In this document: in pieces, positions 50,937 through 63,452 of the stretch
Position numbering within the stretch: position 1 is the stretch's first letter
How the letters are laid out: every line of letters begins with the position of its first letter
DNA from: Octopus sinensis
Taxonomy: Eukaryota
Length of the DNA: 64,000 bases
Reading direction: 5' to 3'
Assembly: GCF_006345805.1 (NCBI RefSeq)
Contig: NC_043003.1
Span: forward strand, 95,914,001 to 95,978,000
Notes under the pieces: generated by a model
Database searches by the model: none
The model's input: only the letters and a program-made list of their open reading frames with translations
Told to the model about the DNA's origin: nothing
Translations under genes and position numbers: made by a program

Positions 50937-51688
50937 TACACAGAAAAAAACAAGGAGAGAAACAAGGAGAGAAAAAAATGCATGTAGGAGCTAACGATCT
51001 ATCATGGCATCCTGACTTCGAACAGTGGTCAGACGCGATATATATAATTTTTTTGTCTCTCTCTAATAATTATTGTGTAATTTGCTTATATTTAATTAAT
51101 TTACACTGCATACAAAAATACAGACATACTATAAACATATATTATGCCTTGTTTTTACAAGTAATTCATTACTACATATTCTCATGTGACTGCATTGGCT
51201 CACTTTATGTTTCTTATTCTACAGTCACACCAGCGATCCAATATCAACCTGTTGCCTTCTGCAACATTTCATCCGTTCACTTCACCATTGTCCTCTCCCA
51301 TTGCAGCCCATTTCCTGAATGTACCCATTCATATACAATGTCTCCATTACACCTCCATTCATTGACTGTCAATCATATGCTGGGTTGTGTTAGATGCAGC
51401 ACTGACCACCTCAGAGGTGAGTATATCCACTGACAGCTCTTTGGTGGGTTCAAAAATTACATACCCCACCACTCACAATTTTTCATGATAGATTAGGGCC
51501 TGGAATCCTCCAAATAGACGTATTACGTGTCATTTAGTTGAATCATTTACTCCACAAATGTTTCGTTGTCAATGCTGCACTTTCCCATATCACCTGTTTC
51601 AACATAACTGTAATATATATATATATACAAACTATGCCATTTTAATCCCAAACAATGCGGGGTGTCTCTGCTAGTAATAATAATAATA

Positions 51689-51733
<45 letters not shown>

Positions 51734-51752
51734 AATAATAATAATAATAATA

Positions 51753-52040
51753 AATGGCAGAAATTCAAAAGATAGTGCTCATGGGAACTGCTCATATCCT
51801 ACGCAAAATACTTTCTATGTAATCTCAAGGTTTAAAACAAACATAATTTTCGGTTTAAAAAAAAAAACCAAAAAAAAAAAAACTTTTTTTTAGACATTCA
51901 TTAGTACAACACCCCCACCCCCCAAATATATGGCACACTAGGCATAACAACAACATGAACTTCCAACCCTGTTGTCTCTTGAGGTCTCTGGGTGAGACTT
52001 GGAGCCAACTTGTACAAATATAAAGCAAAAGTCAAACATA

Positions 52041-52045
<5 letters not shown>
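51753..52045 (+). mobile_element. 3' end of an RLE LINE within (TAA)n
   Basis: EIQKIVLMGTAHILRKILSM* plus 3'UTR, (AAT)n on both sides; second copy at 55877-56160. Confidence 0.75.
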
Positions 52046-52076
<31 letters not shown>

Positions 52077-52090
52077 TGATGATGATGATG

Positions 52091-52148
<58 letters not shown>

Positions 52149-52219
52149 TAATAATAATAAACTTTCTGTCTCCCTCTTCAGCTTTCCTTAAAGCTATAAG
52201 AGGTTAAAAAATTGATTAA

Positions 52220-52549
52220 TTCGCTCTGAAACATTTTTTCTAGAAATCGGACATTACTTTTGCACCAATCTGATAGATTCCCAATGTAGATTATGCAAAT
52301 CAAAAGAGGAAAGCATAATTCAAACAGTAAATGAATGTAGCATGCTGGCACAGAAATAATACAAGAAAAGACATAATGATTCTAGGAAGAGCAATCCACT
52401 GGGAGCTATGCAGAAAGCTAGGAGTTGAACATATTGATAAATGGTATGAACATGAACCTAGTAAAGTACTAGAAAGTAAGAAATACAAGATGTAGTGGAA
52501 CATTAACAGTCAAACTGACAGAGTAATAGAAGCTAGATGGCCTGATTTG

Positions 52550-52595
<46 letters not shown>

Positions 52596-52950
52596 ATAAA
52601 GAGAATGGAAAGTGCCAGATAATTGACTTTACGGTCCCAAATGATGAAAAAATTAATACGAGAGGTATAGAAAAAATAGCAAAGTACCAGGACCTAGCTA
52701 TTTAATTACAGAGTCTATGAAAAGTGTGGGTAAGATGTATCCTAGTAGCTATAGGTGCATTGGGAACTATCCCTAAAGATCTGAACAGATGGATAGAGGA
52801 AATAGGAATAAAACCCAGTTTAGTACGGCTCCAGAAAACAGTGTTATTAGGGACAGCTAGGATACTTAGGAGGGTTCTTGGCATCTAAGGCTACGGTAGC
52901 CTAATGTTAGGATTCTTTTCTTTTCCAGCTGTCTAATCTGTTGAGTGTAT
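52220..52950 (+). mobile_element. Dong/R4-clade LINE 3' fragment (CCHC plus PD-(D/E)xK endonuclease)
   Basis: CRLCKSKEES, RH, IHWELCRKLG..WYEHEP, TDRVIEAR.PDLVV, IIDFTVP, KYQDL, IGALG, LQKTVLLGTARILRRVL*; AAT tail. Confidence 0.88.
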
Positions 52951-53451
52951 ATGAAAATAATAATAATAATGATGATGATGTTGATGATGATGATGACAAT
53001 GATTATGACGATGATGACAATCCTTTCTGCTATAGGTACAAAGCCTGAAATTTGAGGGAGGGGAGTAACTGATTACATTGACTCCAGTGCTCAACTGGTA
53101 CTTATTTAATCAACCCCAAAAGGATGAAAGGCAAAGTTGACTTCAGCAGAATTTGAACTCAGTAAGCTCAGTAAGCCTTAGTAATTATAATAATAATCCT
53201 GTCTACTAAAGACACAAAGCCTGAAACTTTTGGGGCTAGAGGAGACTAGTCGATTACATTGACCCAGTGTTTTACTGATCCTTAATTTATTGACCCTGAG
53301 AGGATGAAAGGCAATGTTGATTTTGGCGGAATTTGAACTCAGAACATGAAGACAGATGAAATGTCACTAAGCATTTTGCCCATGTTAATGATTCAGCAAG
53401 CTTGCTGCCTTAAATAATAATAATAATAATAATAACAACAACAACAACAAC

Positions 53452-53492
<41 letters not shown>

Positions 53493-53829
53493 AATAATAA
53501 TAATAATAATAAAATGCCCTGCCCTGATGCAGTACCAGGCAGTGGCTCTCATGGCTTCTGATCTTAACTGATTGGAAGTGTTATCATGTACATTGTTTTG
53601 TCTTGGTATAAAAGATGGGCTACAGCAAATATTCTGCTCAATACCACAGATTTGCTTGTCAGTTGTTTGACCTTAACCAGTTGAGCATGTCCCTTAGTGG
53701 CTGACGATATATGCATCTCTGATCACAAGCAGAAGTAGTGGGGGAGCATCATAGCCATGTGTTGAGAGGGATTCTTTGGGGTTTGAATAGTTCACCTCTT
53801 GTTAGTTGTTTGGTCAGTGACATTAAGAG

Positions 53830-54470
53830 ATGAGAACATCGTTACAGTGTTAAGTGTGCTGTGGCTACAACATCGCCAGTGCTTACTTAACAGTAAGTAG
53901 GAGTGGTCACCGTTTGTCACACAGGATTTTCCGCAGCTCATCTCATTGATGGAGCTACAGTCCTGGAGCAAACATAGACCAAGAAAGGGTGCTCGGCACC
54001 TGGAGTATCAGAAAGCACTTACAGCTCTCTACAGGTGGGCAATGCAGATGGTGGAAGTTTGACTATGAAGTTCTATAGGGGATTAGTTGGCCAGGCTGTG
54101 GTCCTAATACTGCTCAGTGCCAGACCAATCCGCCTTGAGTGGCCCTACCAGGAACCGAAGTTCCTGATGGCATGGCTCTGACACTGCCCATTTACATCAC
54201 CCTACTACTTTGAGGAGGGGTTGGCACAAATGCATGGGTGGGCAGCTGAAGACCTGGGCAGCGATGATAAAGGAGGACCTCTCCGAACTCCCAGGTCTGC
54301 AGGTGGTTGGTCTGCGCAGATGGAACCGCGAATGGCTCGCTATCTCCAGTGACCTCGCACATGACCATCGGGCGTGGGCCGCCATGGTTCGTGATGCCGT
54401 CAGGACCAGAGAAGAAGCTGGCTCAACCTGCCCTGGGTGAATGCCGTCACAAGTACAAGTAAGTAAGTAC
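53830..54470 (+). mobile_element. RTE-clade LINE 3' fragment of a second, GC-richer family
   Basis: GGQLKTWAAMIKEDL..DLAHDHRAWAAMVRDAV..AGSTCPG*, with (CAAGTA)n tail. Confidence 0.75.
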
Positions 54471-55579
54471 AATAGGCTTCTCGCTGTTTCTATCAACAAT
54501 ATCCACCCACAAGGCTTTGATCAACCTAAGCCTATGATAGAAAGCAAATAACATCTCTGCAAGGATGCCTTTGGTGAGAAAGGACAAGGCAAGAATGATA
54601 AAATGAGAAACAATACTGAAACGTGGCAGACATTTCTAAATGATGTTTTAAATACTCACCCAAGCTATTGTGTAGTGGGACTGAACCCCAAGGCATGGTT
54701 GGCAAGCAAGTTTCTCAACCACACAGGTCATATTTGCATGTTTGTAACCAAAGTAGTACATTAAAAAAAACAAAACAAAATAAAACATGTAATTATAAAC
54801 AGTAAAAAGACAAGCAGAGGATTTTCATAGCTTGAACAAATAATTGATAATTAATCATAGACCCTCTTAGCTAAATACAAATAATTTATTTTTATGTGTG
54901 CCATCAAGCAAGCATTGAATGTATTTCACTAATTGCTATTATCAGCTAATCAGATTGAGTTTGACAACCAAGCAAGAAATTTGCCCGAGATCATTATTTT
55001 TCCTGAAATTCATTCTCATACAGTATTTATAACAAATATAAAAATGTAAATTAATTCATCTTTTGTGTTTTTGTTTATTTTTGAAATATTTTCGTCAGGT
55101 TTTTCTTTAGCAGTTTTGCTCCCTGTTTTCATTTTTTAGTAATAGGTAAATAAGTTTTGACCAGTTGTTCATTTGTTAGTTTAAACAGCCTCAGGGACCC
55201 ATGATACAGAAGTCCCTTAAAAATATTAATCAACTAACAAAGTAACAAGAATATAAGGTAAAAAATAAACAAACAGAACATCAGTGCAAAACTGTAATTA
55301 TAAGTATAACTGTAAAACAGATGTGGTTTGACTGGTATTTTCAAATGTTTTCTCTTATTCTAGATTGTTTTCCAAATTACTTTTGGATGGAAAAAGCTGG
55401 ACTGGCATTGTTTATGTAATCAAATATGTAATGTTGTAATTATGCAATATTGTAAATATTCGGATACTCTGAGCTTCTCATCCAAAGCTTTTGAATCATA
55501 TACTTGTTCTATGTTAGTATAGTTATTGAACGCATAACCCTAATATCTAAATTTTAAATGTTGGAGCACTTATGCATTT

Positions 55580-55870
55580 ATTTCATCCATCCATCCAAAC
55601 ATAATCTACCCATCCATCCATCCATCCATCCATCCATCATCCATCCATCCAACCATTCATCCATCCAACCATCCATCCACCCATCCGTCCATCCATTCAT
55701 ACAACCATCCATCCACCCATCCATCCATCCATCCATCCATCAATTCATCCATCCATTCATCCATCCATCCACCCAACCATTCATCCATCCATCCATCCAA
55801 CCATCCGACCATCCATCCATTCATCCATCCATCCATCCATTCAACCATCCATCCATCCATCCATCCGTTC
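55580..55870. repeat. (CCAT)n microsatellite
   Basis: Direct inspection. Confidence 0.95.
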
Positions 55871-55876
55871 ACCCAA

Positions 55877-56160
55877 AATGGCAAAAATTCAAAAGATAGT
55901 GCTCAGGGGAACTGCTCATATCCTACACAAAATACTTTCTATGTAATCTCAAGTTTTAAAACAAACATACAGTTTTCTTATTGTTTCTTAAACATTCTCT
56001 AGAACAACACTATGTACAAAACCAAATAAATGGCACCCTAGGCATAACACCAGCATGAACTTCCAGCTTGTTGTCTCATGATGTCTCTGGGTGAGACTTG
56101 GAGCCAACTTGTACAAGTGTAAAGCAAAAGTCAAACATAAAATAGTAATAATAATAATGA
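55877..56160 (+). mobile_element. 3' end of RLE LINE (sister of 51753-52045)
   Basis: [20 protein letters not shown] plus the same 3'UTR and AAT tail. Confidence 0.75.
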
Positions 56161-56518
56161 TAATCTTTGAATGGAATTTATAAATATTTTAATGCATCAC
56201 TATGTGTGCAAATGCAAGAACATGATCTATCCAATCTCCGTGGATATTACAGCCTGTACTTTATAATCCTCCCAGGAATACGAACTATGATCTTAAGGAG
56301 CATGAATTGTGGAAACGTGCATTGAAGTATATTTATAAATTCCATCCAACGGTTATTATTATCATTATTGCTATATTTATCCTACATTATATAAGCACAG
56401 CTCAGAGTGACCCGAAAAACTGGTATTGCTAGTTGGCCTCATTAAGCTGTAGCTGGCATAATGAAATTGGAGCTTTTATAAGCATTTCCAAAACACTCCT
56501 CATAAAGAAAGTTGAGGG

Positions 56519-56559
<41 letters not shown>

Positions 56560-56569
<10 letters not shown>

Positions 56570-57338
56570 ATTTATACATATCTAAATATATGTGTGTGTG
56601 TGTGAATTTCAGTTATAATAAAAACAATTTTACATTCCGAGATGCAGCACGGATTTTTGTCAGTGAACAGGTCGCGGTCTTAAAGCGATGAAAATATTTT
56701 GACATATTAAACTTAAATGTTGAAGTGAATCGAACGGCTTTTGTGTGTTTCTTAAATGGCTTACAAACACCTTCCACGCTGCAATTGTTTTCATTTCAGC
56801 ACACGATCTCAGATCAAATCACTTGCTATGCAAGTACATCTCCGTAATTTTACATTAATCTGATGGGTAACTCTATATTTTTCTAGAGTACAAATTTATT
56901 CTTCTTATACAAGAATGTTGTTGATTTACTAATATATATATATATATATATAATATATATATATATATGTATATATATAATTTATATATATCTAAATATA
57001 TGTGTGTGTGTGTGTGAATTTCAGTTATAATAAAAACAATTTTACATTCCGAGATGCAGCACAGATTTTTGTCAGTGAACAGGTCGCGGTCTTAAAGCGA
57101 TGAAAATATTTTGACATATTAAACTTAAATGTTGAAGTGAATCGAACGGCTTTTGTGTGTTTCTAAATGGCTTACAAACACCTTCCACGCTGCAATTGTT
57201 TTCATTTCAGCACACGATCTCAGATCAAATCACTTGCTATGCAAGTACATCTCCGTAATTTTACATTATCTGATGGGTAACTCTATATTTTTCTAGAGTA
57301 CAAATTTATTCTTCTTATACAAGAATGTTGTTGATTTA

Positions 57339-57345
<7 letters not shown>
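56560..57345 (+). repeat. Tandem duplication (~412-bp period) of a dispersed repeat
   Basis: Two near-identical units separated by (AT)n. Core also occurs at ~61385-61505 and inverted at ~40310-40500. Confidence 0.9.
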
Positions 57346-57380
<35 letters not shown>

Positions 57381-57382
57381 TT

Positions 57383-57413
<31 letters not shown>

Positions 57414-57582
57414 GAAGGAGGGAGAGAGACTGACACAGAAACAGAGAGTTGGAGGATCTGAGACCACTCAGCCATAAATGGGTAATGAACTGGGAACGTT
57501 GGCCTGCTTACCCAACCAGTGAGGTGGCTTTGTTCAAAAACTACGTGTAGAAGCACATTGTAATTAGCAACATATAACAACA

Positions 57583-58400
57583 TCCAGTAGGATTGCTTGC
57601 CAACATAACATGGCAGTCCTGGTTTAGGACTAATGTTGCGGTAATTTAGCCCCAGGAGACATCGTCTCTAGCTGGCTATACAAAACGATCTGTGTCCTTA
57701 TATTTTCGAGGAAGGGAATCTACTAGCATTAGTCCTAAACCAGGACTGCCATATTATGTTGGCAAACAATTATCATCATCATCATCATCGTTTAACATCT
57801 GCTTTCCACGCTATCACGGGTTGGACGATTTGACTGAGGACTGGCGAACCAGATGGCTGCACCAGGCTCCAATCTAATCTGGCAGAGTTTCTACAGCTGG
57901 ATTCCTTTCCTAATACCAACCATCCCGAAAGTGTAGTGGGTGCTTTTATGTGCCACTGGCATGAGGGCCAGTCAGGCGCTTACTACAAAGTACTGTTGCT
58001 GAATAATTTCATGTTGTGAGATTTAGAAATAGCAATTTTCTAATTTATAAATCAGTGACTAGTTGTCACTTTGAAAACTATATATTTTGAACGGGAATTT
58101 TGCGGCACCAACTCTAGCTGAACAATTATTCTGTGCTGATGAGGGGAAATAACCCAGAAATTGCGATACACAGATATTGTTTTGAGCTGAGTGGGGTTGC
58201 TAGATTCCCTTGTTCGAAAATATAAGAACACAGAGTGTGTTGTATAGCCAGCTGGAGATGATGTCTCCCCAGGGATAAATTATGGCAACATTAGTCCTAA
58301 ACCAAGACTGCCATGTTATGTTGGAAACAATCTTTACTACAAAATACTGTTACTGAATATCTCACATTGTGAGATTTAGAAATAGTAATCCAGTAGGATT
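57583..58400 (+). mobile_element. PLE-derived non-coding element with one inverted and two direct repeat units around a hammerhead
   Basis: Unit CATTAGTCCTAAACCA(G/A)GACTGCCAT.. is direct at ~57726 and ~58288 and inverted at ~57600-57635. An RTE tail is inserted at ~57770-57978 (minus). Confidence 0.65.
58111..58192 (+). ncRNA. Type I hammerhead ribozyme (minimal, long stem I)
   Basis: TCTGTG-CTGATGA-GGGGAAATAACCCA-GAAA-TTGCGA-TA-CACAGA. Stem I extends with bulges to 58111/58192. Stem II closure is G-A or carries an extra A. Confidence 0.7.
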
Positions 58401-58423
58401 GTCAATACAGTGACACACACACA

Positions 58424-58468
<45 letters not shown>

Positions 58469-59099
58469 CGTGAGCCATCTAAGAGACCTAAGTCAGGGAA
58501 AAGATGCACTCGTATATCTGTCAGTAGAGTGGGTATATTATCTGAAATCAATAGTATTAAATATCCATCATGGCTGATCTAACCTATTGGTTTCGTGTAA
58601 AGAATACAATGGAGTGTTAGGTAACAATCTGATTATATAACTTTATGCTCATCAGAGTTAGCTGATATGGAAGAGAATATAGTGACTGTTCTCTGTTGGC
58701 CACCACATGGGCAATCATCCGTGCTGTTTGTGGCATTGTATCATTATTTCAGCTGCTCAATTGTCTCATGGACGTAGACCAGCATTGGAGATGTCCGATG
58801 GCTTGCTCCCTCTGATTTCATGTCAGTCTTTGCATGCTTGCTATGTTCGGGGAATGAATGACAGGTTGGTAAATTTGGGTGCCTTTTATACCCAATGAGT
58901 CAACGTTTTGCATGTGCATCATGCTTTTCATAAAGATGCATTTGCAAGCATTACCATGTTTACAAAAAGTGAATGAGTTTGAACCCTAAATGCGATCTTT
59001 GTGTTTTCAAAAGGGAGTGGTGTTGTGGGTTAGTGACATTTCCCTGGTGTCAAATTACCTAGAATCGTGATAAAATCCATAAAATCTCAATATCGTGTT

Positions 59100-60303
59100 T
59101 GAAACAAATAATCCTTTACAAAAGCTTGTTTATTTTTATGTTTTTTTGATTTATTATTAGTGTTGCTTAATATATTTTGTTAAAATTGCTGTTTCTTTTC
59201 AGATATCATCAGAAAAAAGGTAATTAAAATTCATTAAAATGACACATCTATCGGACTTTCAAAGAGGTCAAATTGTTAGTGCTGGTATTGCAAACACTAG
59301 CATAATGAAAACAGCCGAAATGTTTGGAGTATCAAGAAGAACTAATCGAAAGTAATGACATACTTTTTGAGAAAGAGAGAAAAACCTCCTCATCGAAACA
59401 AAACTCCGGAAGAAAACCAAAACTTGCAGATAGGGAACGTCAGACTCATGTAAATTGTTAGAAAGGATCCCAAAATTACTGCAGAGCTTAATGGCCACCT
59501 TGAGAACCCAGTTTCCACAAAAACTGTTCACTGGCAGCTGGACAAAGCCGGATTTCATGGGAGGGCTGCAATCAGAAAACCATTACTTTCAAAAAGAAAC
59601 GTTGCAAAGCATTTAGAGTGGAGTAAAAACCTATAGAATTGGTTCCTAGAGCAGTGGAAGAATGTTATTTTCTCGAATGAGTCATCCTTTACCTTATTTC
59701 CGACCACCAGCCAAGTATACGTGAGGAGATAGCCAAAAGAAGCATTTGACCCAGACTGCCTTCTTCCAACTGTTAAACATGGAGGAGGATCTGTGATAAT
59801 CTTGGGGACTCTATCTTGGAAATCTGCCGGCTCAACAGTTTCCGTTCAATGCAGAATTAATAGTCAAAACTATTTAAGTATTTTATCTGATCAAATTCAT
59901 CCTATGCTTGCAGAACTATTTCTGGAGTGAAACACAATCTTTCAGGATGACAATGCACCAATTTACACAGCTAAAGTTGTTACTGAATGGCACGAGGAAC
60001 ATTCTAGTGAAGTTGAACATCCTATCTGGCCACCACAGTCTCCAGATCTCAATATTATTGAACATTTATGGTGCATTTCAGAAAAACAAGCAAGGAGTCA
60101 AAATCCTCCTCTATCATCACTACAAGAATTGGACACTGTTTTAGCTGAAGAATGGAGAAAAATTCCTTTGGAAACAATTCAAACTTTGTACGAGTCTATA
60201 CCTCATAGAATTCAAGATGTAATTACTGCCAAAGGCTATCCTACCCAATATTTAAAAAAATTTGTTAAATTTTAAGGTGTTTCCATTATTTTGTCCACCC
60301 CTT

Positions 60304-60304
<1 letters not shown>
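59100..60304 (+). mobile_element. Tc1-like transposon, decayed, left TIR missing
   Basis: ATG at 59239 (MTHLSDFQRGQIV), AAIRKPLLS, FSNESS, FQDDNAPI, SPDLNIIEHLW; right TIR GGTGTTTCCATTATTTTGTCCACCCCTTG followed by TA. Confidence 0.92.
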
Positions 60305-60349
<45 letters not shown>

Positions 60350-60991
60350 TATATATATATATATATTGTAATGGAGAAAGCTGCTTATTAATTAGGTATG
60401 TAAGAATTACTAAAAGAACTAAAAGAAAGCAATTATTAAAGGGTTGACTGGAAATATTTTTATAACTTCATGTTCTAAGAAATTTCCTATAATTTCAATT
60501 TCTGAAGTTTATTGAATTTTTTAAACACCACTTTCTCGCAAATTTAAATATTCATTTCATTCACTGCGTCCAATTCATCACAGATTTAAATATTCATTGC
60601 ATCCACTGCGTAAGATTCCATTTTCATTTACAATGTCCCTCACTTTGTCTTTTAAGTTTTAATTCACTATTTGGAAACCTGACAGTTTATTTTATTAATG
60701 TATACGCAATGCAACAACATTATCTATCGATTGAAATTTTTTCAAAATACCCGTATAATTTTTGAACGCAGGATAGGTGTGAGAAAAGCCTAGAAAGTTG
60801 GATAATTACTATTAGAAGGCGAGGAGAAAAAAAAGTTACCGACAAGTACTCAAAACTTGCACTTATTCACAGTTTCCAAATGTTCTATACCACTAAACAA
60901 GTTGCATGAGCGACTTCAACAGTGACACATGCACACACCTATACACACTAGCACACATACACACAAATGAAAGACAATGAATGAGTGAGTG

Positions 60992-61034
<43 letters not shown>

Positions 61035-61203
61035 GTGTGTGTGTATGTGTGTATACTCACTGACAAAACTTAGTGCTGCATCACTTTTGTGCAGTCTTGT
61101 TAGTGAACAGGTCATAGTTTCAAAGCGACGAAAATATTTTGACACAAATGAAATTTTAATGCTGAAACTGGTAATACTTAAATACTGAGGTCCCTTAACG
61201 ATA

Positions 61204-61374
61204 CTACTTAAATACAGGTGTTACGTACAAAACATTTTAAATGTACACTGTGTGGACGTGTAATGACACCCTAGCCCTAACCCTAACCCTAACTAACCCT
61301 AAAACTAACCCTAAAAACTAACTACCCCCTTCATATCATTATGTAGATGCATCAGGATATCTGTATTTAAATAG
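61204..61374. repeat. Short inverted-repeat module enclosing degenerate (CCCTAA)n
   Basis: CTACTTAAATACAG (61204) / CTGTATTTAAATAG (61361); telomere-like tract 61269-61322. Confidence 0.7.
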
Positions 61375-62704
61375 TGCCATGAAACTAACAGTTTTTGTGT
61401 TTTCTTGAATGGCTTACAAACTTCTTCCACGCTGCAATTGTTTTTCTTTCAGCACACGATCTCAGATCAAGTCACTTGCTATGCAAGTACATCTCCGTAA
61501 TTTTTAAAAATCACTGTGGATAAATGCCAGCAATGACCTTCTCAGGCTCTTCAATATTTTAATTTCTAAACAGAAACAATCGGGGACAGGGAGTGGGGTC
61601 GCAAAAAATTCCTGATTTCTCAAATTTTCCATTTTTAAAGCATATAAATGTATTTATGGGGAAATTATTGAAAAACATCAATTCATGCGAAAGTGATAAA
61701 GAAACAAGGAGGATTGTCTTTGGATGTGCTAGAAAAAACAGCCAAATCGCCCTCACTTTTCCCTCTGAAGATATTAACAATTGAAAAACTTTTTTACCGA
61801 AAATGCTTTTCCCATGGTTTTGAAGTGCAAAAAATATTGGCCAAAATAGGTCTGGAGTGGGAAGATGAGGGAGGGGGTTATAAAAAGAAGTTTTCAAAAA
61901 TTTTTTCATACAAAGATGACCCCACCCCACCCCACCCAGTCCCATCATTTCGAAGGCTTTAAAAAAATGGGGAAAATGCCCGAAAAAAATTTCTCAACAA
62001 ATTTCTTCATAATCGTAATCTATGCTGTTTGAAAGGGATTTGTATAAATTTTCATTAAAAGATACCAATCTTCCTAAAAGTTATGAGGAAAAAAGTCAGA
62101 TTGTGGGAATTTTCCGAAACTCTCTCTCCACCCACTCGGAAAAATTCTTTCCTATAAATCCCTATATACCTGAAGCCACAACATCTAAGCAGTATTTGTA
62201 GTAAATTTTGTTAAAAAGTATCCATTTTTCTGGATGTTATGAGGCAACAATGTCGGGGACGTATACATCTGTAGTAATACCATTTTATTTTATACAATTT
62301 TTTTCATTTCATGTTTATTTCAATCATTGTTTGCAATGTTCTGTCTAGATCACTATGTTGCTTTGAGGGAAGGTAAAACATGACAAGTTGCTTCTCCCTC
62401 TGTTGTTGGACTACCATGATGTTTGTTTAAAAAAGAGAGATTATGACTGATAAAATAATGAAAGCAATATTTACTAAGCAAGTGAGCACTATTATACAAA
62501 GAAATAATTAGGTGTAGAATATAAAAATTATTAGAATTGGGAATCAAATGTGAAAATATTATCAAGGGGCTAGCAGAAAACCACCCGGAGGGTGATCTTT
62601 CTGCTAGTATGTATAATTGAGCATATGCGTATGTATGTGAGTGTGCATACATATCCGTATTTGTGTGTATGTGTGTAAATGCGTATGCATATGTATATGT
62701 ATGT

Positions 62705-63410
62705 ATCATCATCGTCATCATCATCATTGTTTAACATCCGTTTTCCATGCTGGCATGGGTTGGATGGTTTGACTGAGGTCTGGAAAGCCAGCAACTGCAC
62801 CGGGCTCCAATCTGATCTCGCAATGTTTCTACAGCTGGAAGCCTTTCCTAATGCCAACCACTCTGAAAATGTAGTGGGTGTTTTTTACGTGCCATCAACA
62901 CAGAAGGCAGTCAGGTGGGCCTGGCATTGGTCCCTTTTCGATAGTGCCTTCTACATGCCAGTAGCATGGGAGCCAGTCAGGAGGCACTGGCCACAGCTAT
63001 GATAATGGTTTTACTTGACTCAGCAGGTTTTTTCAAGCATATCATATCGCACGACGTATCAGGGGTACACTTAACTGGGCTGGACATGTGTGGTTGCGAT
63101 CTGACTTTAGTTGCCAGGTCTTCTCAATCACTGCATATCTCCAACGGTTTTGGTCTCCTGTCATTGGCTCTGTGAGGCCCAATGTTCGAAGGGCATGCTT
63201 CACCACCTCATCCCATGTCTTCCTGGGTCTACCTCATCCACAAGTTCCTTCCGCAGTTAGGGAGTGGCACCTCCTCATGCAGCTGTCCTCATCCATACGT
63301 AACACATGACCATACCAACGCAGTCATCTCTCTTGCACACCATATTTGATGCTCCTGATGCCCAACTTTTCTCTAGGGCGCTTACACTCTGTCGTGTATG
63401 CATATGGACA
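62705..63410 (-). mobile_element. RTE 3' fragment
   Basis: Minus-strand LRWYGHV..GRPRKTWDEVVKHAL, 3'UTR, terminal module and GAT tail. Confidence 0.85.
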
Positions 63411-63452
63411 TTACACACCCAGCAGATCATTATATATATATACATATATAAA

